Below are positions 1 to 11,678 of a stretch of 64,000 nt of DNA, in pieces. The notes beneath the pieces are model-generated. The model saw nothing but the letters and a program-made list of their open reading frames with translations. It made no database searches and was not told the origin of the DNA. The first letter of the stretch is position 1; every line of letters starts with the position of its first letter. A program made the position numbers and the translations under genes. The DNA comes from Klebsormidium nitens (Eukaryota > Plantae > Klebsormidiophyceae), in NCBI GenBank assembly GCA_000708835.1, contig DF237456.1:2950-66949 (forward strand), in the 5' to 3' direction.

Positions 1-431
1 AAAGTCTGAAGATGTGGGTGTAGGTTTAGATGGGTTGACTGGCTAGCGAGGGGGCTTTGGGTCTGGAATCTTGATCATGTAGAGTGGAAAAGAAGTTTCT
101 GGGTTGGACTGAGCTGGAGAGTTGGATGTCTACCCTCTCGGGAGTCGGTCACCTTGAGTTGGAGACTGTTGGTTGAGGGGATAAAGTACTTGGTGACTAG
201 CTGGTCAACTCGAGGAAAGCTTTCCATGTCTGGCAACATGTAGGCTTCTGAGTTGGCCAGAATGTCTTCAGTCAGAATCTCAGAAGCTCCTCAGCCAGAC
301 GATTATTGAAATGCAAAGCTTGACATTAGAATGACAAAGAATGGGATAACAGGGGGGCCTGGGCTGATAATGCGTCTCATTTGAGCTTCTTCGTTCTCAA
401 TCTTCATTGAGCTTTCGTTTTGACTTCGCAG

Positions 432-2670
432 AGTTCTCCTTAAAGAATTTTGGGGTGCTACAAACTTTCAATCTCCCAGAAAGAGCTTCAATAGTCCCAG
501 ACAAACTTCTGACGTTCCCAGACCGGTTGAGCTGATCTTCTTTGCCTAGTGATGTGACAGATGTTTGGTGAAAGTCGAGCTTGGCCTGGAAAACAGCTGT
601 TCTTCCATACAGTTTTTTCTTTGTTGTTCCTTTGACCAGGCTCCTGACTCTTTTCGGAGGACGAAGTTTGCTAAGTCTAGTGATTGTCTTGTCAAAGGCC
701 AAACAAGGTCTTGTCAAACGTTTGAACCTCTTAACAAAGTCGAAGCTGTTCCATCGTCAAATGTTTGAACCTCTTAACAAAGTCGAAGCTGTTCCATCTC
801 AACAAAACACCTTTCGATTCGACCTTCCTTTTGAATCTTGCTTTTCGATTTGCTTCCAGGATCAAGGCCTTGTTGATAGAGTCGTCGCCGCCATCCAATG
901 CCGCTTCCCCGAGCAGTCCATCCCGTCGATCCGTGCAATAATTGCGCGCTCAATGCGCAAGGCCCGCGAAAAGACCAAGATTGCGACAACCAAGGCGGGC
1001 ACCCCCCTCCAGACGCCCGAAGAAGACCTCCCCCTGTCCTCATTTAAGGCCATGTATGGGCGCAGCACACCCCCCCTGGGAACTCTAGAGCTTCCCCACA
1101 ACGCCTCCCCGATGGTCGACTTCGTGCGCACGGCTAAGCTTCCCCAAATGAGCGACAGCGCGACGAGCTCCGACGGCGGAAAGGCGACCGCCGAGGGGGG
1201 GCGGAAACGCCCCGCGGAGGAGACCCCCTGGACGAAGAAAGTGCGGGTGCGCAACGAGCATCGGAGCCCCCCGGCCTCGGGGTTGACGTCAGACAGCGAC
1301 GAAGCGGTCCCGGGGGCTCTTCCCGGGCACGTAAAGATGCCGTTTGACATTCCCCCCGCCCCTCGCTTCAAGGGCGGCCCCGCCGTCTCCGCGAGGCTGA
1401 GCTACCCCCCCTCAACGAGCTACGCGACCCCGAGCACTCAAACCGACCTCTGGACGCCAGCCAAAAGTGGTCGGCAGGAGGCAGCGGACGACTTTATGGT
1501 CAGGGCTGCGACGGCGACGCCCCCCCGGACGACAGGGCACAATGGAGCTGGCTATGGAATGGCGGTGAGTGAAACTCGTCAGTTGAGGGATAGGCGAAAA
1601 TGTGCTTTCGACAAAACCTGTGATGCAAGTCCAGCTGGTCAGGCAACGAAACTCTACTACTCTTTTGTCTGTGGTCTTACGCATTTTAGCCGTCGTTGTT
1701 TTCGATGGTCGTTGTTAACGAGTATGAGTTTTGGTTTCTCGCTGTTGAGCATAAGCGTGGGTCCTTTTCATTTTTTGTCATCCTCCCAAACCGGGGCAAA
1801 GCTCGAGGTGTCCGGATTCAAAAGTGCTTCTGGTTATCCACTTTTTGGCTGATAATCAGGGTCTTGCCATGTTCTCTCAAGCAACATCTTTCCTTTTCCC
1901 AAACCGCTCATGAAGTGTCATCCCTCTCTTACAGGATGACGTCAAGGACCGCATGCGCGCCCTCGAGCTGCGGGTCGCTCAGCTTCAGGCGCAGCAGTCC
2001 ACTTGGCAGGCGGAGAAGTTGGCCCTCGAGTGGCACGTCCAGAAACTAGAGGGGGGAGAGATGCGCGCGCGAGAAGCGCTCGCGCAGTTCCAGGCGCGGG
2101 CCGAGGGGCTCGAGCGGGAGCTGCACATGAAGGCGCTCGCGAATGCGGACCTGGAGCGCCAGGTGAGGGCCATCGGACGGCTGTGATAAGCCCTCAAGTA
2201 GAATTGAACGGTCTCGTTCGTACGGAAGAAATCGTGAACGTTTTCCGCGAGCTTCGAAAGCGATCGGCCTCATGCTTACCGTCTTTGAGACCATTCCCCT
2301 ATCGTATGTTGCGATTTCAAGGCGCCCGTTCCTGCTCGATCCCATACTTCGCTCCTTGTTCGTTTCAAGCAGCAATGGCAGTCAGTGGACGCTAGATCGT
2401 TCCGCTTCGTTTCCGGTTCCGTTCATGGTTCTGATCCGTTCCTTTTCCCTGCAGGTCCGGACACTCGCGTACGCTCTCCGGGGGTCCGCCGTCGAACTAG
2501 ACTGCGCGCCCGCCGCCCCCGCCTCCCTGTTTCACGACTACTCGCAACAAAGGGAGCAACAGAAGCTGCTCCCCGCTCTGCTCTTGGCGTACCAGAAAAT
2601 GATGCAGGGGGGACACGTGTCAACCGCCCACATGCCCCAGATCGAAGGCGAGGATCAGACACGGCCGTGA
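432..2670 (+). CDS. Hypothetical spliced protein, 5'-partial; possible BEN-like domain, low-complexity middle, coiled-coil C-terminus
   Basis: Phase-compatible exons: 432-525 (VLLKEFWGATNF...PRP, weak donor, least certain), 860-1564 (ttccag|...|gtgagt), 1935-2162 (ttacag|DDVKDRMRALELRVAQLQ...|gtgagg) and 2455-2670 (ctgcag|VRTLAY...TGA). Earlier exons unresolved. Confidence 0.55.
713..798. repeat. 43-bp direct tandem duplication (intronic)
   Basis: gtcaaa(c/t)gtttgaacctcttaacaaagtcgaagctgttccatc occurs twice, at 713-755 and 756-798, with one mismatch. Confidence 0.95.
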
Positions 2671-4351
2671 AAGAAGAAAGCGGGTTTCATGGAATCAGAG
2701 GTGTTGATCCACGTGGCAGCATGTGGTTGGGGTCCGTGAAGTAAGAGAGCGGGTTTTGTGGAATAAAAGGTGTCAGTCCACGTGGCAGCATCTGGTTGGG
2801 GTTAGTGTAGGGCGGGCCTGGCCGGTTTGCCAAAGAAACTGCGTGCTGCAGTAGAATTTCTGCGGCAGCTGAAAGTTTGGAACTTCCAGGACGGAGCTGT
2901 ACTGCGAAAGCGGACTAAAGCTAGGTACGTCGAGCCAGAACGGAATCCGCTGGCGGATTGAGGACTTCGCAAGCAGAAGTGTTTGATTAAACCGCCGATC
3001 AGAATCTTGTACAACGTTTCCGCAGGTCAAACACCTTCTTAGTCAGTTTTCATCGGGCAATTTTTGAGCACGTTGCGAACCCTGTACTATTCAATGTATA
3101 AGCAGAGACTGCGCAAGAGCAGGGATCAAATTAGAAGCTTAGTGCATATGTAGGGTGCGGAGGAGTTAGGTGACTTTGGCAATATCAAGGTAGAATGTTT
3201 TTATAGGCAGGCTGGGGCCCGGACGTTTGCTCGCAATCTTATTCTGCCAGGCGTAAAGCTCGGTAATAATACAACCAGAATTACATATTAAGACTAGATC
3301 TTTTAGCTCTGTTTTTCCATATGATGCAATCATCTAGCCCAAAATGGATCAATTTCATGAGGTTGAGCAAGCGTCACCATCAGTTTGTTGGTCGGATCCA
3401 ACTTGCTGTACTCACTATTCGGCACCGTCACACATGGCCGTGAAATGTAGCAGCATGCCCGTGCGCGCCTCTTTACATGCAGCCCATGACAGTTCATGGA
3501 TGCCGCAATAGACGGTCAGATCGTGAGCCGCGCGGGCCGCCCCCTGTCATTAGGCGGGCTGCTGTATGCAGTGCACACTGACGGGATATTAGTACTGCGT
3601 ATGCATAACGCAATGCAAAACAACCGCCCAGAACGATCGTTGACGTGTATAATTTCGACTGCTGCACCGCGGGCACATCTTCGGATGATTGTTTTGTTAC
3701 GTGCCGGCCATGTGTACGTCAAGCGGATTGTCATGTACATCATGACCGGCGTCACGTTCAATGCATCGCGTCCTCATGCTGCATTGTATCTGGATGTAGG
3801 CCCGGCCTGTAATAGCTATGTGGTCCCACAAATTCAACATAACCCCCACAGATTCAACATGACCAATCAAACATGGTGACGGCATGCAGACTATAGCTTG
3901 CAGTCAGGCAGCCCGCGGGCGCACTCCTGCAGCTTGACTGGCCGGCAGGTTGATAAGGTCGGCATTTTGTAAAAGGACCCATGCCGGCGAGGCAGCGTGG
4001 TGCTTTTTAGCTGCATGGAGCATGCACTGCAAATCAGCGCGTACTGCCCGAGGCTCACAATGACAATCGACCACCCTGCCGGATCTCTATCTCGTCTCGA
4101 GACGGTCCGGATTTTGGACTTCCGATTGCTGTTGCAATCAAGCGCAAGGGGTCCAACTAATCTCACGAGAAATGCTGACAAGTGCTCATGGGCCAGTTGC
4201 TCTGAGCTACCCGAACCGCATCTCAGCTCAGATTCAACAAGGAAGCCGACACAAGCATAGGGTGGCAAGAGATGAGGTTTCGAAAAAACCAATGCTTCGT
4301 TGAATAGAACTCTGTATAATGAAGCAAACACATCCAGAAGAGTCCTTGTGA

Positions 4352-7300
4352 TCATTCTGGGAGCGCTGCTTCTGAGTCCACTCCTTCTCCATCGTCGGTC
4401 TGCGTCTTCGGACCCGGAGCCCCCCCGGCCTGCTTCTTCTTGATGCCGCTCAGGATATCGTCGATCCGGAGTAGCATGCACGCCGCTTCTATCGCAGTCT
4501 TGATCGTCTGTACCTTTACCGCATAAGGCTCCCACACGCCGAGCTCCTTCATGTCCACGATCTCGCCCGTGTTGCCGTTGATGCCGAAGGTCGTGTTGGC
4601 GCCATTGGCGTGCTGCAAAAGAGAAAATGGTTGGATCTTCAGCGCTTCCCTTTGATAGAAACGCTTGTGGCATCCTCGAACTCCCAAACAGATGGTTTCA
4701 AGGACAAATTTCGTCCACTATCTGGCCCGTATGCAAATGCACCAAGAGTTGTGTCGCCGTCATACGCCTGCTGCATAAAAGAAGCTCAAGTATTGAGCAT
4801 TATCAACACAAACAGCGATCAGAACTCCAAAGATTTCGAGACCAACAGTCGCAGAGAACATGGTTTGACGAGATGCCCAGTCGGGTGTTCTGAAACTCAC
4901 GAGTCGTTTTGCTTGTGAGTCACGAACTCCCTACCAAAAGCCTGTCTCACGAGTCTTAGCCTCTTAATGAGTTGGCATTTGCGCCAACTGAGCTGGGCAT
5001 GCCTTGCCTGCCACGCAAGCATCTAAGCATCGACATCGGGTGATGTACTGCCTGTCTGACGCAACGCGGGCTCTTTGATGTTAAGTTCTTCGAGGGTGTC
5101 CTCACCTTGGCTTGCAGCGCCGTCATGACCCTGATGACGTTGACACCGCAGTTCTGCGCGAGCGTTCGGGGGATCACCTCCAGGGCTTGCCCCACCGCCT
5201 TGTACGGGTACTGCACGCCAGCACAGCGAGTGTAGTTTGTTAAGGTTGTCACATCTACGGCTTGCGAACAGTTCGCACTCCCGAAAAGGAAGGTAGGTTA
5301 CGGTAGGGTGTAAAGCTTCTTAGTCACATCACATAAGCTGCAGTAAGCCGAAACTATCGGGCCCGGTCGGGAGGGAAGGATGTCCCGTGAAAGTCGGAAG
5401 GTGCAATCACTTCGACTCTTGAGAACATCTTCTATCGAAGAAATCTTCGATCAGCATGACGTGAAATCCGTTCGGTAAATGCGAAATCGCTACGAGACCA
5501 CCAAAGAAAAAGTTTAGAGGCAATTTTGGGACTCCGAAAGCTGATGTTTCGCCTTCTTGACTCTCGAACTCGCACTCTTTCACGGTCAGACTTCCAGAAT
5601 CTTTGATGTTTTGACGTGACGATGTGACCACTATCAGAAGGGTACCCAGGCGACCACGTAAGTGCTGGATGTGCCGGTCCACGAAAGTATCGACTAAGCA
5701 ACGTCATCCGTAGGCGGCCGCTTCCTCAGAACCTAGATCCATGATTGGTGATATAACAACACGACGTTCCCTTTCCATGCACAAGATTCATCAACGCCGC
5801 GGGACCGTATCGGCTGGACAGTCTCTGCTACAAGTAAGGCGGAGTTGTCTGACCCATACGTCCTTGAGCGGACCTAACAACAAACTAAAACAGACTTCCG
5901 GAGGCGACACAAACATGATCGGCGACACAAAGATGATTAGTAACAATCATGGGAAGACATCGCTAGAACGCACGAAGCGACTGACCAGAGCATCGAAAGT
6001 CAAAACAAAACAGAAGACTGCGCTGATTAAAGACGAGGCTCGTATGCTGAAAATCACCTGCTCGACACCCTCGATGGCCTCCGCCTTTTCTTTGATCTCC
6101 GCAGCCACAGAGAGCTCCACGGCGCCGCCCCCCGGGACGAGCTTCGGATCAATTACCACGTTCCGAGCCACGCCCATGGCGTCCTGCAGCGGCAGTGCAC
6201 ATTTTAGATAGTATGTTTTCTTTCAAAAGCCGGTCACTTTTAGGAACATTGAGACTGCTTTTCGATAATGAACAGCGCACGAAGGTGCCTAGCGACCACT
6301 AGACTTGACGCTCCAGCAGGGGAACATTGGAGGACAATATTCGTGGTTCAGAGGATTTGCTTCAAATCAATGACAGCGTAAGAGACAACTGTGCGGAGTG
6401 GATACATGGGCCTGCTCAACGCCACTTGGTAATGAGCTTCGGCTCTCTTGCAAATACGGGCCCCACATTTTGCTTCCGACCTGCCTGAGCTTCTCCAGTA
6501 CTGTGCCACCCAGACAAGATGAAGTTAGACAACCCCCTGCAATGTTGAACACCGCCCCGTTTCTGTCACTGTGACGAAGTGACATCGGAATTGTCACTCC
6601 CACGACCAACGGAATCCAAGCTGCTGAGATTCCATGCCAAGTAACGTTCAGCGGCGCCTCGTGACTCACGTGCAGATTCCGCTCCACCTCATTAAGCACG
6701 TCCTTGCTGGCGCCCCGCAGCAGGACGGTGCACGCCTTGGGGTTCTCGCAGTCGACGATGAAGGTGAAGTACTCGTCGCCCAGTTTCTGCACCTCGAACA
6801 AGCCCGCGCCCGTGCCAATGTCGCTCTCCTTGAGCTCCTCCGGCCGGTTCACAATCGTCGCGCCTGGTTGCAGAACGTTGGAGAAAATGTTAGTGGAAGC
6901 AATTAGAAGATGTGCACTTTGTGCGATTGTGTCTTGCTGAAGTCAGTGGTAAAAGCGGGCCGCATACAGGGGGTATTAATCTCCGGCAATCGGTTCACGC
7001 TTGTCGCGCCTGGACAGAACTTGCTTCAGGCATGATTACGTTCAACTCGTCCTTACGCAGAATGATTCGACTGATCTAGGTGCTGACGAGTAAGCTCCCT
7101 TTGTTTCTTAAGCCCAGTGTTGCGCTTCTAATGTAAACCCATGAAACGGAGCCACTGGCAACGAAGTGGCTAGACTGTTGCAGAGGAACCAACAAAGCCG
7201 CCATAGCACTAAGTACGACACTATTGCCACTTGCTTTCAAACCAAGATGGCTGCCGGGAATGATCAATCAGTCGGGCAATGACCTTTCGTCGCTCTCAAA

Positions 7301-10300
7301 CTCGCAAGAACCAGAGTCCTTGCTTCTCTGCCTCACCCACGGCCCGAGCGATACGGTTGTTGTCCGTTTTCCGGATGCGGCGGATCGCCGTGATGCCGGC
7401 CTTGCTCAGGAAGTGTGTGGCGAGGTCGCTGAGCCCCTTCTCCGTGATCACCACGTCCGGCTTGAAGCTGGCAATCTGCTTACACGTCTTTTGAATCCAC
7501 TCCTCCTCCATCTGCAGCAGCGTGGCCCTGCACGGAGAAAACAGGCGTTTGTTAATCTGACGTTCTGAACCTTCAGAAGGACATCATGCAGGCTCGCTGA
7601 GACCTGGCCGGCGGACCTAGGTGCGATCTTGGGCTGATTGCAAAACTTGGCCATCTGCGCAGAACTTGGACAATTGGAGTAGTGGCATTGAGTTCATCGA
7701 CGTTTGACGTAATGCGCATCGGGTGGATCTTTGCGTTGGCTCCATTGGACTTGAGTCAGGATGCGCGTAAGGACACGGGCTTGCACCCTCCCAAATCGAT
7801 TTTGCTGAGGCCCGGATCAAACCGTCGACTGCATCCGCTTTTTGAATTAAGAAAGATCGAGAACCAGTGAGTACACCTTGTGAGACATTTTGAAATGGGA
7901 CGCCCATTCGAAAAAAAGTTGAAGTTCCAAACTGACAGGGAAACCCTCTTCGACATCCGAAGACGGCTCTCTGCTGAAGGGGCGCTGGTGGTTGCAACAG
8001 CGCCGACTCAGGTAGCAGATAAACGAGAGATCCTCGCGCTCCTCTGATCCAAACTCCATTTTGTTGTCTACTGCAATTCTCAACGGCCTCTGCATTTTCA
8101 TCCGCAGCCGACAGCCAGAACGGTGCTCTCCAACTTCCAAGGCTCAGCAGTCTTCCACCTCAAATTGAGCTGCAGGTAGGGACTGATTCCTCTGTAATCT
8201 CTCAACAATCAAATTGATGACGAGCATAACGAGAACTATTCTCCTTATCATGCAAACCAGCTTATGCTTACCAGTCCTCCTCCTTGGTTAGCTCGACGTT
8301 CGTCTGGTTCTCCCCCTTCTTGTACTCGAGGGGGCAATCGAGCAGCATGATCCGGGGGTGCTCGATCCGCCGCTTCATCTTGCCGGGGGCCACCACGTCC
8401 TTATTGAACATGACCCCCTTCAGCACGCGGCAGTCCTCGATCCGGCCCCCCGGAATCTTTTCGATCTTGGCATACTTCTTGATGTCGATCTCCCGTTTAC
8501 CGGCCCCTAGGTCCACGGACACTGTTTGGACGGCGTCCAAAGCGAGCTCCTGGAATGCAGCAAGGAGTCAGCCTTGTCTGGAGAGACCCCTGAAGCTTCG
8601 AGAGATATTTTGCGCGAGTCAAATGCCTTTCACGACTCGGACCCAAAGGTCTTTCGGAAGCTGCAAGCTTTGCTGAGGTGCAGCCTTATTCGAGAAAGCT
8701 TATGCAGAGTAGCATCTCAAAGCCCTCAAAAAGCCGAATGGTCGATCAAAGCGGATCAAAAGCGTGTTGCTTGAGATGCAATCCAGCCGAACAATGACCA
8801 ACGCGATTACCACAAAGGAGGGCAAACTCACCGACATCAGAGATCCGAATCTGTTCGTGAACTTCGTCCCTATGCAGCTCTGGATGATGTTGATCATCTG
8901 TTGCCCTGCAATGGACGCAGTCCTCGACTTCAGTCAACTGCATCCGCTCGTTTAGAAGCATCAAAGACAGTCGCCAATGCGGCTGATGTGCAGCAATACT
9001 ACCTCCTCATAAAGTGGACGACTGCCGGCGCAGTAGCGAAAGCAAGCGTGTGCACGGTTCAAACTGCAAATCCAAGGACTTGATTCGTGTGTTCCTTGGA
9101 GAACACAAGAGACAGCCAATCCTGGTGCAAGGAGAGCTCAAGTACCACTGGAGTGATGGGCAAGGGACTCTAAGAGAGGTGCTCACGATCATTTGTATCT
9201 ATTGGGAAGGAGATCCTATCGATTGTTGCGATAGCATCATCGAGAGCCTTTAGGTAGCCTGCACCAGAAGAAACACCACGCATTAGCACATAATACACAG
9301 TGAATAAGCTCGTTCTGGACGCTTGATAAACCGACGGCCTGATCAGTAGGAATGCATGACAGATATGACTGAGTCCTGCTTGCTCATACACAGCCGATAA
9401 TTCTCTTGAAAGTTTCCATCGGTGCGGAACCTTGGAACACTAACCTCGGCATATGACGGTGGGGTGGAAGTTCTTTTCGAGGAGCGGCTCAGCGACATGG
9501 AGCATTTCTCCAGCTGCAGGGAGTAATTGGGGTATGATTAGACACACACATATAGCAGGAAAAACTGATGTTCGTGCACCAAGGCTACTCGAGAATCATA
9601 GGGAGACAAGATCGTGGATTTTCATTTTCGAACTCTTTGCTATACCAAAATTGGCACGACCAATTAAGATGCAAAACATACAAGGAATGTCTAATACAGA
9701 ACTCCTTGCTTTGAACAGGCCTCAGTCTCGAGTGTAGTAGCGACTCACATAGGATGATTACTGATGTGGTCCCATCTCCCACTTGTTCGTCTTGCGTCCT
9801 GCTGAGCTCGATCATTGACTGCGAAGCAAAGTGCACGAGCGCTTGGAACAAGAAAGTGTGTGCAGAAACCTGTTACAACTCCTTATGGCTTGCAACAAAT
9901 GCCGCCAGCGTCTCTGTCAAGTAACTCTTCAGTACTTTCTCCTTCTTCAGCTCAACTGGCACTCTCGCTTTGCCGTCTGCGAGAGACCAGCAATCTCCAA
10001 AAGCATGAAATTCTACTGCCGAACGGAAGAATATGTCAATAGCTCAGATTGGCTGTGCCTACCCTCTCAAAGAAGGACTGAAAGTAAAAGTCCTTACCTT
10101 GGCAGCAGGGTGAGAAACATCGATCTCTCGCAAGATCGCATTCCCGTCGTTTGTGAGGACGATTCCTGCACGAATACGTGGTTGTAAATTTTGATGTCTG
10201 TCAGTCTGAACAATGAAAGATGGATTGCTTTAAGGAAAGTCATCATGGTGGCAGCTAGGCAAGCGTCAGGGCCAGCTTTCTATGTCATAAGATTCTATAA

Positions 10301-10972
10301 CGACTCACCACCAGTGGCATCAAGGAGCATCTTCAACATTGACCGAGGCCCCAAAGTTGTCCTGATGATGTCAGCAACAGCCTGCAGAGGAGTTCAACTT
10401 TTAAGGGAATTCATATCAAGCTAAGATGGCGTGTCCTCAATTGTGGCTGAAACAATTTGAGGACAATATACATTCAGTTGCTGAGTGGTCGAATGCATTC
10501 TTTTCTCTCTGCTAGAGCAGCTGGGGCACGGCAGAACCAGGGAGCAACACAACCAGAGAGGTACAGGAGACTTAGAATTGGAGGTCAATCTTTTGGAGCA
10601 CTTTGAGTATTTGAAGACGACGCGGGTGGTGGCATCTCACCTTGGCGGCTGCAATGTTCCCCAATTGAGCCTTCCTCCCACTTTCCCGCTTCGTGTTTGC
10701 ATCTGCTCGGAAAGTAAAACACAAGATTGAATAAGATGGCAGCGATCGCTTGAGCCCCCAAGAGAAGGCATTTCAGGAGTAAGGACGAGCGGCCCATCAA
10801 TCAAAGGCAGCTCCAGAGCAAAGAGAGAAAGCGTCCCAGTGTTCGCTGGTTGGATTTCCAGAAAGAATACACCACCTTTACCAGCACTAGTAGAACGGGC
10901 AAACGAAAACTATAGAAGAGCGGGAGAATGCAGGAGCTGCAACTTACTGAGCACCATCACAGGGGCCTGCAT
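4352..10972 (-). CDS. CCT3: T-complex protein 1 subunit gamma (chaperonin CCT/TRiC)
   Basis: 14 exons: 10948-10972, 10641-10702, 10309-10381, 10098-10165, 9749-9818, 9445-9513, 9187-9258, 8832-8905, 8272-8549, 7337-7527, 6670-6863, 6058-6183, 5106-5210, 4352-4612. Total 1668 nt = 555 aa + stop. Motifs RTTLGPRSMLKML, TNDGNAIL, GDGTTSV, LLDCPLEYKKGENQTN, TAIEAACMLLRIDD. Confidence 0.98.
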
Positions 10973-11678
10973 GATTGCAGACTGGGCAAAAACAAGGCGG
11001 ATCGCCGCACTGAACCCTGCTCAATGGAGTCCTTTTAAGAGAAGAAGCCTCGAAGGTGCTCTTCAGAACTGTGAGCTGTGAGCTGACAATTCGTCAACAA
11101 GACGCAATCTGATCTGAACCTGCACAGCTTGAACGAGAAGTGAAGCGCCAAACGAAAGCAGAGCGATCAGACTTGCGAAGCGGGTGGTTTTTTCTCGTAT
11201 CCACTGACTTGTGAATGCGCTCCCAAAACGGTTACAAGTCTTCACCGAGGGCAATACTGATTCACCCGGGATTTGAAACGCAACAGCGCTCCCTCTTAGG
11301 AAAGACCGGTAGAAAACCCTCCGAGAGAAGTTGCTTCCTTCTGGAGCGCATGCCCATCCTATCTACCTAGCCTGCCTCGTGATGCTGCGCCAGTCAGAGA
11401 ATCTTCAGGCTTGAAACTGCGGCTCGTGGAAACCGAGTTACCGCAGTTGGGGCGCCGAGCTTCCTTCTTCAGGTATTTTGAATCTGAGCAGCAGCAGCTT
11501 GTATGTGAGGCACACTGCGGGCCATTATTAGAGCCGCTCAGTGTCAACAGAAAAGGAACATTAGATTATGAAAGCTTTCTAGACAATCGCTAGAACGGAC
11601 GTCGGGTTTTTGCAGCAGACAATCAGAGACATATAGTGGTTGAAGCATCTGTTGTTTTCCACCGCAAGGGCGGGCACC
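10973..11678. promoter_or_regulatory. Putative bidirectional promoter shared by CCT3 and SPT6
   Basis: Start codons of CCT3 (-, 10972) and SPT6 (+, 11679) face away from each other ~700 bp apart. Confidence 0.6.

Noticed and set aside
3891-4673. 260-aa minus-strand ORF overlapping the CCT3 last exon
   Set aside because: Off-frame shadow of a GC-rich exon plus UTR; no recognisable domain.
5211-8271. Intronic snoRNAs in CCT3 introns (CCT genes host them in animals)
   Set aside because: I found no convincing paired C/D or H/ACA boxes by eye; a snoscan or Infernal search would be needed.
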